Shown here one piece after another: positions 46,282 through 56,983 of a DNA stretch of 64,000 nucleotides (positions within the stretch are counted from its first letter, which is position 1; every line of letters starts with the position of its first letter). The position numbers and the translations under genes were made by a program. The stretch lies in the NCBI GenBank assembly GCA_040218735.1, contig JAVJQW010000057.1, positions 480,001-544,000 on the forward strand, in the 5' to 3' direction. The stretch comes from Deltaproteobacteria bacterium (GTDB lineage: Bacteria; Myxococcota; Kuafuiibacteriia; Kuafuiibacteriales; Kuafuiibacteriaceae). A model generated the notes under the pieces. That model did not search any database. It saw nothing but the letters and a program-made list of their open reading frames with translations, and was not told the origin of the DNA.

Positions 46282-47580
46282 TCACGACTCGACTCGAGCT
46301 TCGATCGCCGCGAGGAGCGCGTCGACCTCGGCGGCCGAGAGGGTCTCCTTCTCATCGAGCCGACCCGCCATGGCGGGGAAGGTTCGCGTCGCGTTCCACG
46401 AGCGCTCGATCGTCCCGTCCGAGATCAAGACCACCCGTTCGCCGTCGAACGGCGCGATGTCCGCGGGGACCCCTTCGTTCCAGATCCAGCTGTCGGTGTC
46501 GTCCTGCCCCGCGACCCCGCCCCCGCGGAGGCCCATCCACTGCACGAGCTGCCACCGGCTCGTCACGGTGCGCTTCGCGTCAGATCCGTCGCCCGCCGCC
46601 GCGACCGCGCCGGGTGAAGGCGGCTCGCCGGGGAAGCGGGATCCGGCAAGCGCGCCGAGTAGCAACGTGTGGAGTTGGAAGTTGTCTGCGATGCCCGTCA
46701 TCACGAAGCGCACCCCGACGCGCGACGGGACGTGCACGACGACGAGCGACTCCACGTCGAGCACCTGCACCATCTTCCCGAGGAACCCGTACTGCTCGTC
46801 GTAGCGACGAAGGAGCTCACGCAAACGAACGCGCTCCGAGAAGTGCGCCCGCACCTCGGCGGACTGCGCGAAACACGCGACCGCGGCCTGCTCCATCGCG
46901 ACGAAGGACTCCGGGAGCTCGCGTTCGTCGTCGGGGCCGTCGATCGTCTCGAGCATCGTCGCGAGCGCTTCGAACACCGCCGGCGGAAAACGACGGGCGT
47001 CCGCCCCCTGCTCGACGAGCGCGCCGGCGCCGAGCGCGAGCAGCGAGACGCGGTGCGGAGGGTACGCGCGAATCGGCGCATCGAGCCGGTGGAGGATCTG
47101 CTCGCGGTCCTCCCGCTTGTTGCAGAGCGCCTGCACGATGTTGGGGTCCAGCTCGTCGCCGCGGAGCCCCTCGTCGAGCGCCGCGAAGAGCTCGTCGACG
47201 CTCGCGCCGGCGTACTGCCCGCCGCCGGAGAACACGCCGAGATCCGCGAGCACGTACTCGATGACCTCGGGGCCCATGATCGGCCACGCCATCAACCCGT
47301 GCACCAGCGTCATCACCCGCGGTGACCCACCGACGAGCTCGTACGCGAAGTACGCCAACCCGCACCCCGCGCCGAGGAACACCCACGCCACGAGGACGGA
47401 CTTCGTGTCGAGAACGAACACGCCGCCGACGAGCGCGGCGTAGCTCCCGAGGATCCCGAGGTTGCGGAGGCGACGTACTGGGGCGTCGAACATCGAGAAC
47501 ACCGTCGTGAAGAAGAACGGGAACCCCAACAGGAGCAGCGCGGCGTCGAGGTCGACGAGTTCCTTCAACGCTTCCGGCAT
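46282..47580 (-). CDS. Hypothetical protein: N-terminal TM bundle plus soluble domain
   Basis: ATG 47580; 3-4 hydrophobic segments then GIADNFQLHTLL..WIWNEGVPADI domain. Confidence 0.7.
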   Translation of the reverse strand: MPEALKELVDLDAALLLLGFPFFFTTVFSMFDAPVRRLRNLGILGSYAALVGGVFVLDTKSVLVAWVFLGAGCGLAYFAYELVGGSPRVMTLVHGLMAWPIMGPEVIEYVLADLGVFSGGGQYAGASVDELFAALDEGLRGDELDPNIVQALCNKREDREQILHRLDAPIRAYPPHRVSLLALGAGALVEQGADARRFPPAVFEALATMLETIDGPDDERELPESFVAMEQAAVACFAQSAEVRAHFSERVRLRELLRRYDEQYGFLGKMVQVLDVESLVVVHVPSRVGVRFVMTGIADNFQLHTLLLGALAGSRFPGEPPSPGAVAAAGDGSDAKRTVTSRWQLVQWMGLRGGGVAGQDDTDSWIWNEGVPADIAPFDGERVVLISDGTIERSWNATRTFPAMAGRLDEKETLSAAEVDALLAAIEARVES

Positions 47581-47614
47581 CGCGCAGCGTGATAACGCGC
47601 CGGACCGCCTCGCG

Positions 47615-49258
47615 CTACGGGCAGTAGCGATCCGGCCAGCCCTGCACGCAGGCGCTCCCGTCCGGGCACATTCGACTCGGTGGGCACGCCGCGAAGCAGT
47701 ACCCCGCCGCGCCCCACCCCGCCGTCGTCGGGTGCGTGCAGACCTGGTCCATCGGGCACGTCGGACCGTCGACGCCGACCGGCGCGATGACACACGGGTT
47801 CATGCAGCGCGGCGAAGCGACATCCGCGGGACACGCACCCTCCGCGCACGGATCCGGCGCGCCCGGCGTGCAGCGGTCGAACAGCGTGAGCGTGGACGTC
47901 GTCGTGAGCGAACACGCGAACGCACCTTCGATGCGGCCGAGCTGCGGCGAGTCGAAGGTCTCGGCGCCCGATGCACACAACGCCGGATCGAGCGCGGGCA
48001 CACACACGCCGCCCGAGATCCGCGCGGCGCACGCGAGCTGCCGCGGCTCCCCCTCCAGCGGGACCCGCGACGCACACTGCCCCGCCGGCACCTGGCGCGC
48101 GGCGACGTTCTGGAGCGTCGGGCTGCACGGCAACGTGCAGAAGTTCGCGTCACATACCCCGCCGAGGTTCAGGCAGGTGTTGTCGGCCGAACACGACGGC
48201 ACGGTGCAGACACCACCGAACGCGAGGTCCTCGAGGCAGGTTGCGCCGTCCGGACAGTGAGCGTCGACTTCACATCTACCGAGCAACGGTCGCGCCGCAT
48301 AGCCGAGCTCCAGCGGATCCAGCCGCGCCGGTGCGGTCGCGATCCGCGAGAGCAGATCGTGCGACAGGCTCGACACCCACGACGCACACGCAGCGGCGTC
48401 CGTCACGAGGCCACGATCCACGATCACCGCGCACGCTGCGGCGGCGAGCGGTGCGTTCGGCGTCGGCGCGTAACACGGGCCCGGCAGGATCGGCTTGGTG
48501 CGATCGACCTCCGGGACGACCGTGTCACGCCACCGAAACGCGATACCGCACAGGTCTCGGCTCGCCTCCACCGCCTCGAGGCAGGCCTGGGACGCGACGA
48601 CGCCCGCGCGCCCTTCCCCGTCGACACCGCTGGTGAACATCTCGACGCACGCCGAGCGCTGCCCGACGGTCGGCGGGATCTCGCCGCGACGATCGCAGAA
48701 CGCACGCTCGCAGATCTGCTCCGCGAGCGTCGGCATCACGCCCGCATCGACCCCCGAGTCCACGCCGACGCCGCCGTCGCGCTGCGGGACCGTGATCCCG
48801 TTCGTCGCGCCACACGCCGCGACCGAAGCGCACGCGCCCTCGCGATCGATCCAGTCGATGCCGCAACACACGCCGCCGGGGCAGTCGCTGTCGGCGCCGC
48901 ACGCGATCGTCTCGTCGTAGGTCGTGGCGGGCGGCGTGGGTTCACTCGCGCAGGTGTCGGCGGCGAGGCACGTGAGGGTTCGGTCGCAGCAGACCAGGTC
49001 GGGCGCGCAGCCCTCTGCGGTCGACGAGCGCCCGCACGGTGCGCCCTCCGGGAAGAACGGCGTGTACGTCCCGCCGCCGGCGGTGCAGATCTCCCGACTC
49101 AGACAGACCGGCGCACCGACCTCCGTCAGCTCGGTGCCGAGGCCGCCCTGACAACACACCAGCGGGAGCAGGCAGTCCGCGGGCCCGTCGCAGCGCACGG
49201 TGGGGTCCTTCAGGCTGCACGCGGGTAGGAGCACCGCGAAGAGCAACAGACGCTTCAC
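47615..49258 (-). CDS. Cysteine-rich lipoprotein
   Basis: GTG 49258, lipobox LPAC, many CxxDxDC/CC motifs. Confidence 0.8.
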   Translation of the reverse strand: MKRLLLFAVLLPACSLKDPTVRCDGPADCLLPLVCCQGGLGTELTEVGAPVCLSREICTAGGGTYTPFFPEGAPCGRSSTAEGCAPDLVCCDRTLTCLAADTCASEPTPPATTYDETIACGADSDCPGGVCCGIDWIDREGACASVAACGATNGITVPQRDGGVGVDSGVDAGVMPTLAEQICERAFCDRRGEIPPTVGQRSACVEMFTSGVDGEGRAGVVASQACLEAVEASRDLCGIAFRWRDTVVPEVDRTKPILPGPCYAPTPNAPLAAAACAVIVDRGLVTDAAACASWVSSLSHDLLSRIATAPARLDPLELGYAARPLLGRCEVDAHCPDGATCLEDLAFGGVCTVPSCSADNTCLNLGGVCDANFCTLPCSPTLQNVAARQVPAGQCASRVPLEGEPRQLACAARISGGVCVPALDPALCASGAETFDSPQLGRIEGAFACSLTTTSTLTLFDRCTPGAPDPCAEGACPADVASPRCMNPCVIAPVGVDGPTCPMDQVCTHPTTAGWGAAGYCFAACPPSRMCPDGSACVQGWPDRYCP

Positions 49259-50277
49259 AGCAGCACCTCGATCCCGAAGATCGGTCCCCACACGAGGTAG
49301 TCCGGCAGCAGGAAGAGCATCTCGTTCTCGTCGAGCTTGGAACCGCCGAACGCTCCGCCGATCGGGGAGATGAAGTCGGCGCGGAACCCAGCGTACGGTT
49401 TGATCGCAAGCCAGCCTGCGACATCGATGACACTCACGACGGTGATCGAAACCTCGGCCTCCACCAACAACGCGAAGAGGCTCCCCCAGTCACCGTAGTC
49501 GACGTGCGCGAAGCCGGTCAGCGGGATCGCCGACAGCTCGTACTCGAAGTCGATCAGCTCCGGCTCGCGAATCTCCCGGTCGACACGAATACCGAGCCCC
49601 GCCGCGTTCACTCGCGCGGTCTGGAGACCCGGCGGATCCACACCGATGATCTCGATGGCCTGCGGCTTGGAGAAACGGGTGTAGCGCAGGAAGAACATCC
49701 CCGCGGAGAGCTGGCCGGACAGGAAGTTCGTGTTCCACTCCTCGTCCTTCGAACCCACCCAGACCTGGTTGTCGCGGAAACCGAACTGCGTGCCGTCGAC
49801 GCTGCCGCGGAAGTTTCCCACGCGGAGCTGTAGACCGACCTCCGTCCCCACGAGCTCTTCGAGCGCGCGACTCTTCAGCTCACCGATCAACTCACGCAGC
49901 ACGGTGCGCGCGATGCGGTTTTCGACGAGCTCGTCGATGGCGTCGGTGCCCGGTGAGAGCAACTCATCGGTCAGCGCAGAGAACGCGAAGTCATAGTCAC
50001 CGACGGTGAGTTTCAGGCCGACCTCGCTGATGATCCCGGAGCCTCGACCCACCGCCGAATCCGGCGGACCGACGACGTCCGACTGCGCCATGAACGAGAA
50101 CAGGCCGCGGCTCAGGTAGCCGATCCACAACCCGGTACGGACCTCCGCGGCGTTCTCGGCGCCGAAGAGGCGCCCGATCATCCGAGGCTCATCCTGGGGC
50201 TCGTCGGCGAACGCGACGCCCGTGCCCATGACCGCGACGAAACCCGCCGCTACGAATACCGACCGCAATCCACCCAC
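49255..50277 (-). CDS. Exported protein, possible outer-membrane beta-barrel
   Basis: Signal ending AFA; alternating hydrophobic strands; C-terminus WGPIFGIEVLL. Confidence 0.65.
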   Translation of the reverse strand: MGGLRSVFVAAGFVAVMGTGVAFADEPQDEPRMIGRLFGAENAAEVRTGLWIGYLSRGLFSFMAQSDVVGPPDSAVGRGSGIISEVGLKLTVGDYDFAFSALTDELLSPGTDAIDELVENRIARTVLRELIGELKSRALEELVGTEVGLQLRVGNFRGSVDGTQFGFRDNQVWVGSKDEEWNTNFLSGQLSAGMFFLRYTRFSKPQAIEIIGVDPPGLQTARVNAAGLGIRVDREIREPELIDFEYELSAIPLTGFAHVDYGDWGSLFALLVEAEVSITVVSVIDVAGWLAIKPYAGFRADFISPIGGAFGGSKLDENEMLFLLPDYLVWGPIFGIEVLL

Positions 50278-50330
50278 TTGTCCGACGATCTCATCGGTCG
50301 TTCAAGTGGCGGCTTGAGGCTTCGAGACGG

Positions 50331-51458
50331 TCAACGGCTGCAGAACATGTAGTGATAACAGTCGGCCATCATGCCGTCCGTCCAGGCGCCCCCGTGGTAG
50401 CGAACCCGGTACGCGACGGGCGTCGGCGGATCGTCGAAGGCCCGCGGCGGCGCGTTGGGGACGGTCGCACCGCAGCCCGCGAGCGGCGGTGTGCTCGCCG
50501 CGTAGTCGGCGTGCGGGAGGACGAGGTGGAACGAGTCACAGGCGTTGTGGTGGTTCCACTGGTAGTTCATCACCGCCTCCACCGCGGCCGCACCGTCGAA
50601 GACAAACGGCTCCTGCTCGTCGACCGACAGCGCCGGGTTCGTGTCGGTCACCGTGAGGTGCTCGATCCGATAACCCTCGGTCTCACCGCCGCCGAGGAAG
50701 GAGCAGTAACGCGCTTCGAAGTGTGCGGTGTCGAAGTCGAACGTCGCCTCGTTCGGCCACTCACCGAAGGGGCACTCGAGGTCGGCGAAGACGTTGCCCT
50801 CGACGAGTGTCCCGACGAGCACGCCCACCGACGTGTACTCGATCTGCGCGCCGGACAGGTTCGCGCTGGTCATCCCGACGAAGTCCGCGTGCCCGTGGAC
50901 GATCACGCCGCTCTCCTGCTCGACCCGAATCCGCAGCGAGGACGAGTCCCCCGCGAGCGCGTCCGCGAGGCCCTCGACCGGAAAACGATCCACGGGGACG
51001 CGGTACTCGATCGCCGGGCCCTCCGGCAGATCGATGAGGTCCATCGACGGCGCGGTCGCTTCGGCGTCGCGGACGTAATACTGCGCCGTCGACCAGCGCA
51101 GGAAGAGCATCGCGGCGAGGACCGGCCCGCTCGAGGTCTGACAGACGTCGAAGCGCGCGCCGTAGGTGACGTTGTCACCCGCCTCCGGCTCGAGGAACGC
51201 CGGGCCATTGGGGAGCTCGAGGGCGCTCGCCGGGGGGAGCGTCGCGGGCGCGACGAGGGAGTAGGAGGTCAGCGGCGCCCCCGGCGGACACAGGTCACTG
51301 ACGACACCCCCGTCCAGGTGGCCGCCGTCCGGGGTCCCGCCGTCGCGCTGCGCTGCGCCCGCGTCACGAAGCGGGGTGCCGCCGTCGCGGGGAGGATCGT
51401 CGCGGCGTGTCTCGCCGCAGGCGACGAGGAGACAGAGCAGGAGGAGGCGTGCGCGCAT
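50331..51458 (-). CDS. Hypothetical lipoprotein
   Basis: ATG 51458, lipobox LVAC, RDGG/RDAG linker. Confidence 0.75.
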   Translation of the reverse strand: MRARLLLLCLLVACGETRRDDPPRDGGTPLRDAGAAQRDGGTPDGGHLDGGVVSDLCPPGAPLTSYSLVAPATLPPASALELPNGPAFLEPEAGDNVTYGARFDVCQTSSGPVLAAMLFLRWSTAQYYVRDAEATAPSMDLIDLPEGPAIEYRVPVDRFPVEGLADALAGDSSSLRIRVEQESGVIVHGHADFVGMTSANLSGAQIEYTSVGVLVGTLVEGNVFADLECPFGEWPNEATFDFDTAHFEARYCSFLGGGETEGYRIEHLTVTDTNPALSVDEQEPFVFDGAAAVEAVMNYQWNHHNACDSFHLVLPHADYAASTPPLAGCGATVPNAPPRAFDDPPTPVAYRVRYHGGAWTDGMMADCYHYMFCSR

Positions 51459-51533
51459 GGTGGTCGGTGAACGCAACAGTGGGACCAACGGGCGGCGCTC
51501 GCAATCGACCGGCGTTGCGTCGAAAATCTGATT

Positions 51534-51917
51534 GTGTCGACCCGCCTCCGCGTCGCGCTCGCCCTCCCCGTCACGATCGGCGTCGGGCTCGCCGCTCGGT
51601 TCCTCTTGCCGGGCGCCATCGCCAACTTCCTCGGCGTCGCGCTGTGGTCGGGCCTGGTCTACCTCCTCGTCGTCTTCGTTCGTCCCACGATTCGACCCGT
51701 GACCGCGGGGATCGTCACCGGTTCGATCAGCCTCGCCGTCGAGCTGTTCCAGCTCACCGAGATCCCCCTCGCGCTCGCGAAGGTCAGCGTCCTGTTTCGG
51801 CTCGCGCTCGGGACGCACTTCGCGCTGGACGATCTGCCCGGGTACGCCGTCGGGACGATCGCGGCGGCGCTCGTGCACTTCGGACTTCAGAGGAAGACGC
51901 AGCCCTCGCCGCGGTAG
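51534..51917 (+). CDS. DUF2809-like small membrane protein
   Basis: LGVALW..LVY, VELFQL, LGTHFALDDL..YAVG. Confidence 0.75.
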   Translation: MSTRLRVALALPVTIGVGLAARFLLPGAIANFLGVALWSGLVYLLVVFVRPTIRPVTAGIVTGSISLAVELFQLTEIPLALAKVSVLFRLALGTHFALDDLPGYAVGTIAAALVHFGLQRKTQPSPR

Positions 51918-53101
51918 GTCGGCGCGCGTTTCACGATTCGATCTCCGCGAACGAAGACGTACTGCGCGAAGTGCTCCGCGAGCTCACCCGCCTTCGCGTG
52001 GCGAAAGAAGATTGGATCGCCGAGCGCCACGGTCATCCCCGCCGGCAGACGCAGCGGCGTCTGCACCTCCCCCGCGCCCTCGAGATCGAACAGCTCGAGC
52101 CCCGCCGGTAGGTAGGGTCGCGGCAACCGATCGCGCCCCGCCTCGCCGGACGCGACGTACCCACCGCCGTGACAGGTCACCACGCCCGGCGCCGGGCGTC
52201 GCACCGCCTGCACCGCGAAGAACACCGCGGGCACCAGATCCAACGCGCGGTAGTAGTCGAACAGGTGACTGTCGAGGAAGCCGGAGCCCGCGGTGACCTC
52301 CGTCAGCGCGTCCTCGGCGCTCGCCCAGTGCACACTCCCCGACCCACCACCGTTGAACATCGCGAGCTCGAACCCGTCCGCGCGGAGCACCTCGGCGATG
52401 CGCGCGCGCAGCCGCTCGACGGGGCCGCGGCTCAGCTTCTTGATCCCGCGCTTCGGGAGGTTGAGCAGGCGGCCGAAGGGGCTGTCGTCCGTCATGCCCG
52501 CGATCTGCGCCTCGTAGCCCATCACGCCGTACAGCCGCACGCCCGCCGTGTCGCGGATGCGCCGCGCGAGCGCGAGCACCGCGTCGACGTCGGCGATCGG
52601 GCTGCGTCGCACGCCGAGGTGCACCTGGTCGCCGAGCCACCGCAGCGACATGTCGACGTCGATCACCACGGGGATCTCGACGCCGCGCTCCGCGCCCGCC
52701 GGACCGAGCACGGCGAGGTGCTCCGCGTCGTCGACCGCGATCGAGACGGTGTTCGTCGCGGCGAGCGAGGCTAGAGTCTCGGCGTCACGCAGCGACGCGG
52801 ACGGGTACGCGACGAAGACGTCGTCGAACCCGGACGCCACGAGGTGCTTGGCCTCGTCGACCTTGAAGCTCATGACGCCGCGGAACACGGCCGCGTCGAG
52901 CGCCATGATGTGTCGCAACAGCTCCACGCACCGCACGGACTTCGAGGCGATCCGCAGCGTCTTGTTCGCGGCGCGCACCGGTCCGAGGAGCCGTTCGACG
53001 TTGGCGTCGACGGCGTCGAGGTCGACGACCGCGACGGGCAACGATTCACCCGCCACGGCCCCCGTGAGTCGTTCGTAGTCCTCCTCGGGGCTCAGAGACA
53101 C
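51887..53101 (-). CDS. Fold-type III PLP enzyme (alanine racemase / D-serine dehydratase-like)
   Basis: LRIASKSVRC, GVRRSP, MGYEAQIAG, NGGGSGS, TEVTAGSG, GAGEVQTP, FRHAKAGE; GTG 53101. Confidence 0.85.
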   Translation of the reverse strand: MSLSPEEDYERLTGAVAGESLPVAVVDLDAVDANVERLLGPVRAANKTLRIASKSVRCVELLRHIMALDAAVFRGVMSFKVDEAKHLVASGFDDVFVAYPSASLRDAETLASLAATNTVSIAVDDAEHLAVLGPAGAERGVEIPVVIDVDMSLRWLGDQVHLGVRRSPIADVDAVLALARRIRDTAGVRLYGVMGYEAQIAGMTDDSPFGRLLNLPKRGIKKLSRGPVERLRARIAEVLRADGFELAMFNGGGSGSVHWASAEDALTEVTAGSGFLDSHLFDYYRALDLVPAVFFAVQAVRRPAPGVVTCHGGGYVASGEAGRDRLPRPYLPAGLELFDLEGAGEVQTPLRLPAGMTVALGDPIFFRHAKAGELAEHFAQYVFVRGDRIVKRAPTYRGEGCVFL

Positions 53102-56043
53102 TGCGCAGCGTAGCTGATATCGACCGTCGTGCCAGGCTCCGGCGTCGCAAACGGCGTGAACACCACCGCGTTCGTCCCGCCGTCGTAGGCCCAGTTCACG
53201 ATGCCGCCGTCGTTCGGCGGGAAGCTCACGCCGTCGATGAACACCTCGATCGTCGGCACCACCGGCTGCCCGCTGAGGAAGAACTGATTCCTCAGACCGA
53301 ACGCCGTGCGCGACAGATCCTCGAGCGCCCGCGCCCAGTCCGCCGTGCAGATCGACTGGAACACCCCGCCGGTGCGGCGCGCCATGTCGATGTAACGCGG
53401 GCCCGCCCACGCCTGGCCGCCGGGGCCGCTACAGCCACCCGGGTCGTCGCCGACGATCGCCGAGAACGCGAACTTGTTGCGGTTCTGGAAGCCTTTGATG
53501 CTCGCGAAGAACTGGTAGTAGAAGTCGGTCGTGTTCGTGGAGAGGTCCGGCTGGTCCGACACCACGATGATCGACAGGAACGCCTGCGGACGCAGGAAGT
53601 TGCTGTGCTGACTCGCGTACGTCGGGTTCGACAGCGCGAAGTACGCCGCGTCGAAGCCCTTCTCGGGGCCTGGCCCGACGGCGCCCACCGCGACGTTCGC
53701 CTGGAACGCGGCGGCGGCGTTCGGCGTCTGCCGCGTGATCACCCGCTCCATCGGCGTGCCGCCCACCGGCTGGAACAGACCGAACCCACCGATCGCCTCG
53801 TCCAACGTGACCGCGGCGATGTGGTAGTCGACGGCCTCGGCGTCCGCGTACGTGATGAACGACGCGAAGTTGGTGGACAGCGAAGCCTGCTCACCGCCCA
53901 TCGAGCACGAGTTGTCGACGAGGAACAGGATGTCCGCCTGCGGGTTGCCGAGCTGCGTGAAGGCGTCGGTCTGAACCGCATCGACCTCACCGCGACCGGC
54001 CAACGCGATCACGTGCCGCAGCATCGTCCCGGAGATCGTGTGCGGGATCTCGATCGCGTCCGCGTAGGCGCGCTCCGCCGTGGGGCGGAACTCGACGAGC
54101 AGCGACGTCCCCTGCCCCGGCTGCAGCGTCATGCCCGCGGCCGGCAGCGAGTTGCCGTCGCGCACCACCGTGTACGGCGACGACGCCGACGGCTCCACGG
54201 TCGCGCCGATCGTCACCGGCACGGCGCCCACGTTGTACAGCTCCACCGGCTGCCGGCGGCTCGCACAGTTCACGCCGACGTCGCCGAAGTCGATCGAGTC
54301 CGGGAACACCAACAGGTCCGAGCTCCCCGCGTCCCCGGCGAGTGAGAAGCTCACCGGTGCGTCGCTCGCCGAGAAGTCGAGCCGCACCGAGCCGCTGTGG
54401 GTGCCCGCGGCCATCGGGCTGTACGCGACGCGAATCAGCTCGGCGCCGCCGCCCGGGACGACGCGCGCCGGCTCGGACTCCACCGCGAACGACGGATCGC
54501 TGCCCGGCTCCAGGGCGGCGCCGTAGATCAAGCAGTCCGCGCCACCGGTGTTCTCGAACACCGCCGCGCGGGTCTTCGTGCGACCGATCTCCGTGATGCC
54601 GAACGTCATCGTCGTCGGCGAGATGCGATACGAACACGGCGGGACGTTGCGGCCTTCGCCGTCGAGATCGACGGTGACCTCGGGCTGCCCGACGTCGTTG
54701 GAACGAATCACGAGCTCGGCGCGCGACGTACCCTCGGCGGTCGGCGCGTAGGTCACCGTGATGACCGCGCCGTCGCCGGGCGGAATCGCCGGCGGCAAGG
54801 CGCCCGGCGTGAAGAGCGCGGCGTCGTCACCGAGCATCGCCAGCTCCGAGATCTCGAGGTCGTGGAAGCCGGTGTTCGTGACGAGCAGCGAACGCGTGTA
54901 CGGCACGAGCGTCGCCACCAACCCGAAGTCGAGCGACTCCGGCGTCACGGTGATCGTCGGTCCGCCGCCGCGGCCTTCGAGCGGGACCACCACCGTACGC
55001 GACGCTGGCACCGGGCCGTCGGTCTCGACGGTCAGCGCTCCGGAGTGGTCGCCGAGCGACGACGGACAGAACTGAAGATCGATGTCCACCGACGACGACG
55101 CCTGGAGCGTCCGCGGCGAAGGATCGCGCGCGACGACGAACGCCGGGCTCGCCCCGTTCGCGAACCCCACCTGCGTGATGTTCGCGGGCAGCGCGCCGGT
55201 GTTCTCACACGTAACCGTCTGCGTCGCGCAGACCTCGGGGTTCACATCGCCGAAGTCGACTGGGCTCGGCGTGCAGACGATCGCCTGCTCCGTGCCTTCG
55301 CCGCGCAGACCGACGTCGAGCGTTCGACACGCGTCGCAGGTCTTGAGCTCGATCGTGGCGTCCTCGCGCAGCCCGGAGATCTGCGGCGTGAACTCGACCT
55401 GCAAGAGCTTCGACTCACCCGCGGCGAGCGCGAGGCGGCCGGAGGTGCGCGCGCTGGTGTCGTCGGTGGTGACGCAATAGACGTCGCGCGCGCCGCGGCT
55501 GCACAGGTCGACGCCGGTCCCGCGATCGAACTGCACCTCGAGCGGCTCCTCCGAGGTGTTCGTCACCTCGAGCTCGAGGGTGTGGGTCTGGTCGATGAGC
55601 ACGAGCCCGAAGTCGAGCTGCTCCGGATCCACGATGAGCTGCGAGTCGACCGCGTTGGCCTCGACGATCAGGTCGCGCGCGGGGACGTCGTCGACCGGCG
55701 TCACCGTGAACACACCCCCGGCGACGCCGAGCGCCGTCGGCTCGAACGTGATGGACAGCTCCACCGCGGCGCCCGGCGCGACGCGGTCGTCGGCGAGCTC
55801 GAACGTGAAGTCCGCCGCGAGGTCGGCGCTCGGCGCGATGCGATCGACGGTCAGGACGCCGGCGCCCGGGTTTCGAATCTCGGCGACGAGTGTCTTCTTC
55901 TCACCGACGACGACGTCACCGAACTCCAACACCGAAGGGACGACCTCCAGCTCGGGGAGGTTCTCGGTGACTTGGGTGTCGTCGCACGCGACGAACACGA
56001 CAGCGACGGTGACCAGGGCGCGTAGGCCCGAATTCCTCTTCAT
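53092..56043 (-). CDS. Large lipoprotein with tandem choice-of-anchor D (ASH/Ig-like) domains and C-terminal vWA domain
   Basis: Lipobox FVAC; about six P..LDFG.V..N.G repeats; DILFLVDNSCSM MIDAS motif. Confidence 0.87.
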   Translation of the reverse strand: MKRNSGLRALVTVAVVFVACDDTQVTENLPELEVVPSVLEFGDVVVGEKKTLVAEIRNPGAGVLTVDRIAPSADLAADFTFELADDRVAPGAAVELSITFEPTALGVAGGVFTVTPVDDVPARDLIVEANAVDSQLIVDPEQLDFGLVLIDQTHTLELEVTNTSEEPLEVQFDRGTGVDLCSRGARDVYCVTTDDTSARTSGRLALAAGESKLLQVEFTPQISGLREDATIELKTCDACRTLDVGLRGEGTEQAIVCTPSPVDFGDVNPEVCATQTVTCENTGALPANITQVGFANGASPAFVVARDPSPRTLQASSSVDIDLQFCPSSLGDHSGALTVETDGPVPASRTVVVPLEGRGGGPTITVTPESLDFGLVATLVPYTRSLLVTNTGFHDLEISELAMLGDDAALFTPGALPPAIPPGDGAVITVTYAPTAEGTSRAELVIRSNDVGQPEVTVDLDGEGRNVPPCSYRISPTTMTFGITEIGRTKTRAAVFENTGGADCLIYGAALEPGSDPSFAVESEPARVVPGGGAELIRVAYSPMAAGTHSGSVRLDFSASDAPVSFSLAGDAGSSDLLVFPDSIDFGDVGVNCASRRQPVELYNVGAVPVTIGATVEPSASSPYTVVRDGNSLPAAGMTLQPGQGTSLLVEFRPTAERAYADAIEIPHTISGTMLRHVIALAGRGEVDAVQTDAFTQLGNPQADILFLVDNSCSMGGEQASLSTNFASFITYADAEAVDYHIAAVTLDEAIGGFGLFQPVGGTPMERVITRQTPNAAAAFQANVAVGAVGPGPEKGFDAAYFALSNPTYASQHSNFLRPQAFLSIIVVSDQPDLSTNTTDFYYQFFASIKGFQNRNKFAFSAIVGDDPGGCSGPGGQAWAGPRYIDMARRTGGVFQSICTADWARALEDLSRTAFGLRNQFFLSGQPVVPTIEVFIDGVSFPPNDGGIVNWAYDGGTNAVVFTPFATPEPGTTVDISYAAQCL

Positions 56044-56157
56044 CTCGAACGACTCCTTGTCGCGTGCGGCGCGTTTCGGATCGACGGGGATTGTATTCGA
56101 TACTCGGGTCGGGCGCCCGCGGGCGCGCCGGATGCGTCGCGCAGAAGGTGCGACACG

Positions 56158-56931
56158 TCAGGGCGTGTGGAGGTGATTCAACGGGCCGGGCCCTCGACCC
56201 ACGTCGAGCGCCGATGCGCGGGCGATCGCGTCGCTGACGAAGGCCTTCGCCGCGACCACCGCTTCACGAAGCGCCAAGCCCCGCGCGAGGTGAGCGGCGA
56301 TCGCGGAGGAGAGCGTGCACCCGCTCCCGTGGGTGTCTTCGGTCGCGATTCGCTGGCCTTCGATTCGGTGCAGCGCGGCGCCGTCCCAGAGGACGTCGAC
56401 GCTCGAGTCCCCTTCGAGGTGTCCGCCCTTCACGAGCGCGGCCCGGGCACCGAGCTGCTGCGCGGCGACTTCCATCGCGGCGACGTCGGCCGGCGGCTCG
56501 TTCCCGAGCAGCGCACCGACCTCGAAGAGGTTGGGGGTGATGACGGTCGCGCGCGCCGCGAGGCGGCGCATCGCGGACAGCGCGTCGTCGTCGACCAGGC
56601 GCGCTCCGCTCGTCGCGATCAACACGGGGTCGAGCACCACCGGGACGTCCGGGAGCGCGTCGCTCACCGCGTCGATGATCTCGGCGGTCGGCAGCATCCC
56701 GATCTTGATGGCGTCGATTCGAATGTCGTCCAACACGGCCGCGAGCTGCGCCCGCACCACGTCGACCGGCAGCACGTGCACGTGGGTCACCGCGACGGTG
56801 TTCTGCGCCGTCACCGCGGTGATGACCGAGGCGCCGAACACGCCGAGCGCGGTGAACGTCTTGAGGTCGGCCTGGATCCCTGCGCCGCCCCCGGAGTCGG
56901 AGCCTGCGATCGTCAGCGTGTTGTGAACCAT
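56158..56931 (-). CDS. thiD: Hydroxymethylpyrimidine/phosphomethylpyrimidine kinase
   Basis: [60 protein letters not shown]. Confidence 0.96.
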   Translation of the reverse strand: MVHNTLTIAGSDSGGGAGIQADLKTFTALGVFGASVITAVTAQNTVAVTHVHVLPVDVVRAQLAAVLDDIRIDAIKIGMLPTAEIIDAVSDALPDVPVVLDPVLIATSGARLVDDDALSAMRRLAARATVITPNLFEVGALLGNEPPADVAAMEVAAQQLGARAALVKGGHLEGDSSVDVLWDGAALHRIEGQRIATEDTHGSGCTLSSAIAAHLARGLALREAVVAAKAFVSDAIARASALDVGRGPGPLNHLHTP

Positions 56932-56983
56932 GGAGGGGAGCGTGAGGTGGGGGGCGACGGACGCCGCCCCCCGGCTTCAAAGG

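Noticed and set aside
56093-56100. CGAATA box upstream of the choice-of-anchor D gene as a fourth ECF promoter
   Set aside because: No GTAAG at the 18-nt spacing
56932-56983. TPP riboswitch upstream of thiD
   Set aside because: Only about 50 nt with a GC hairpin (56949-56972); no CTGAGA or other THI-box motifs
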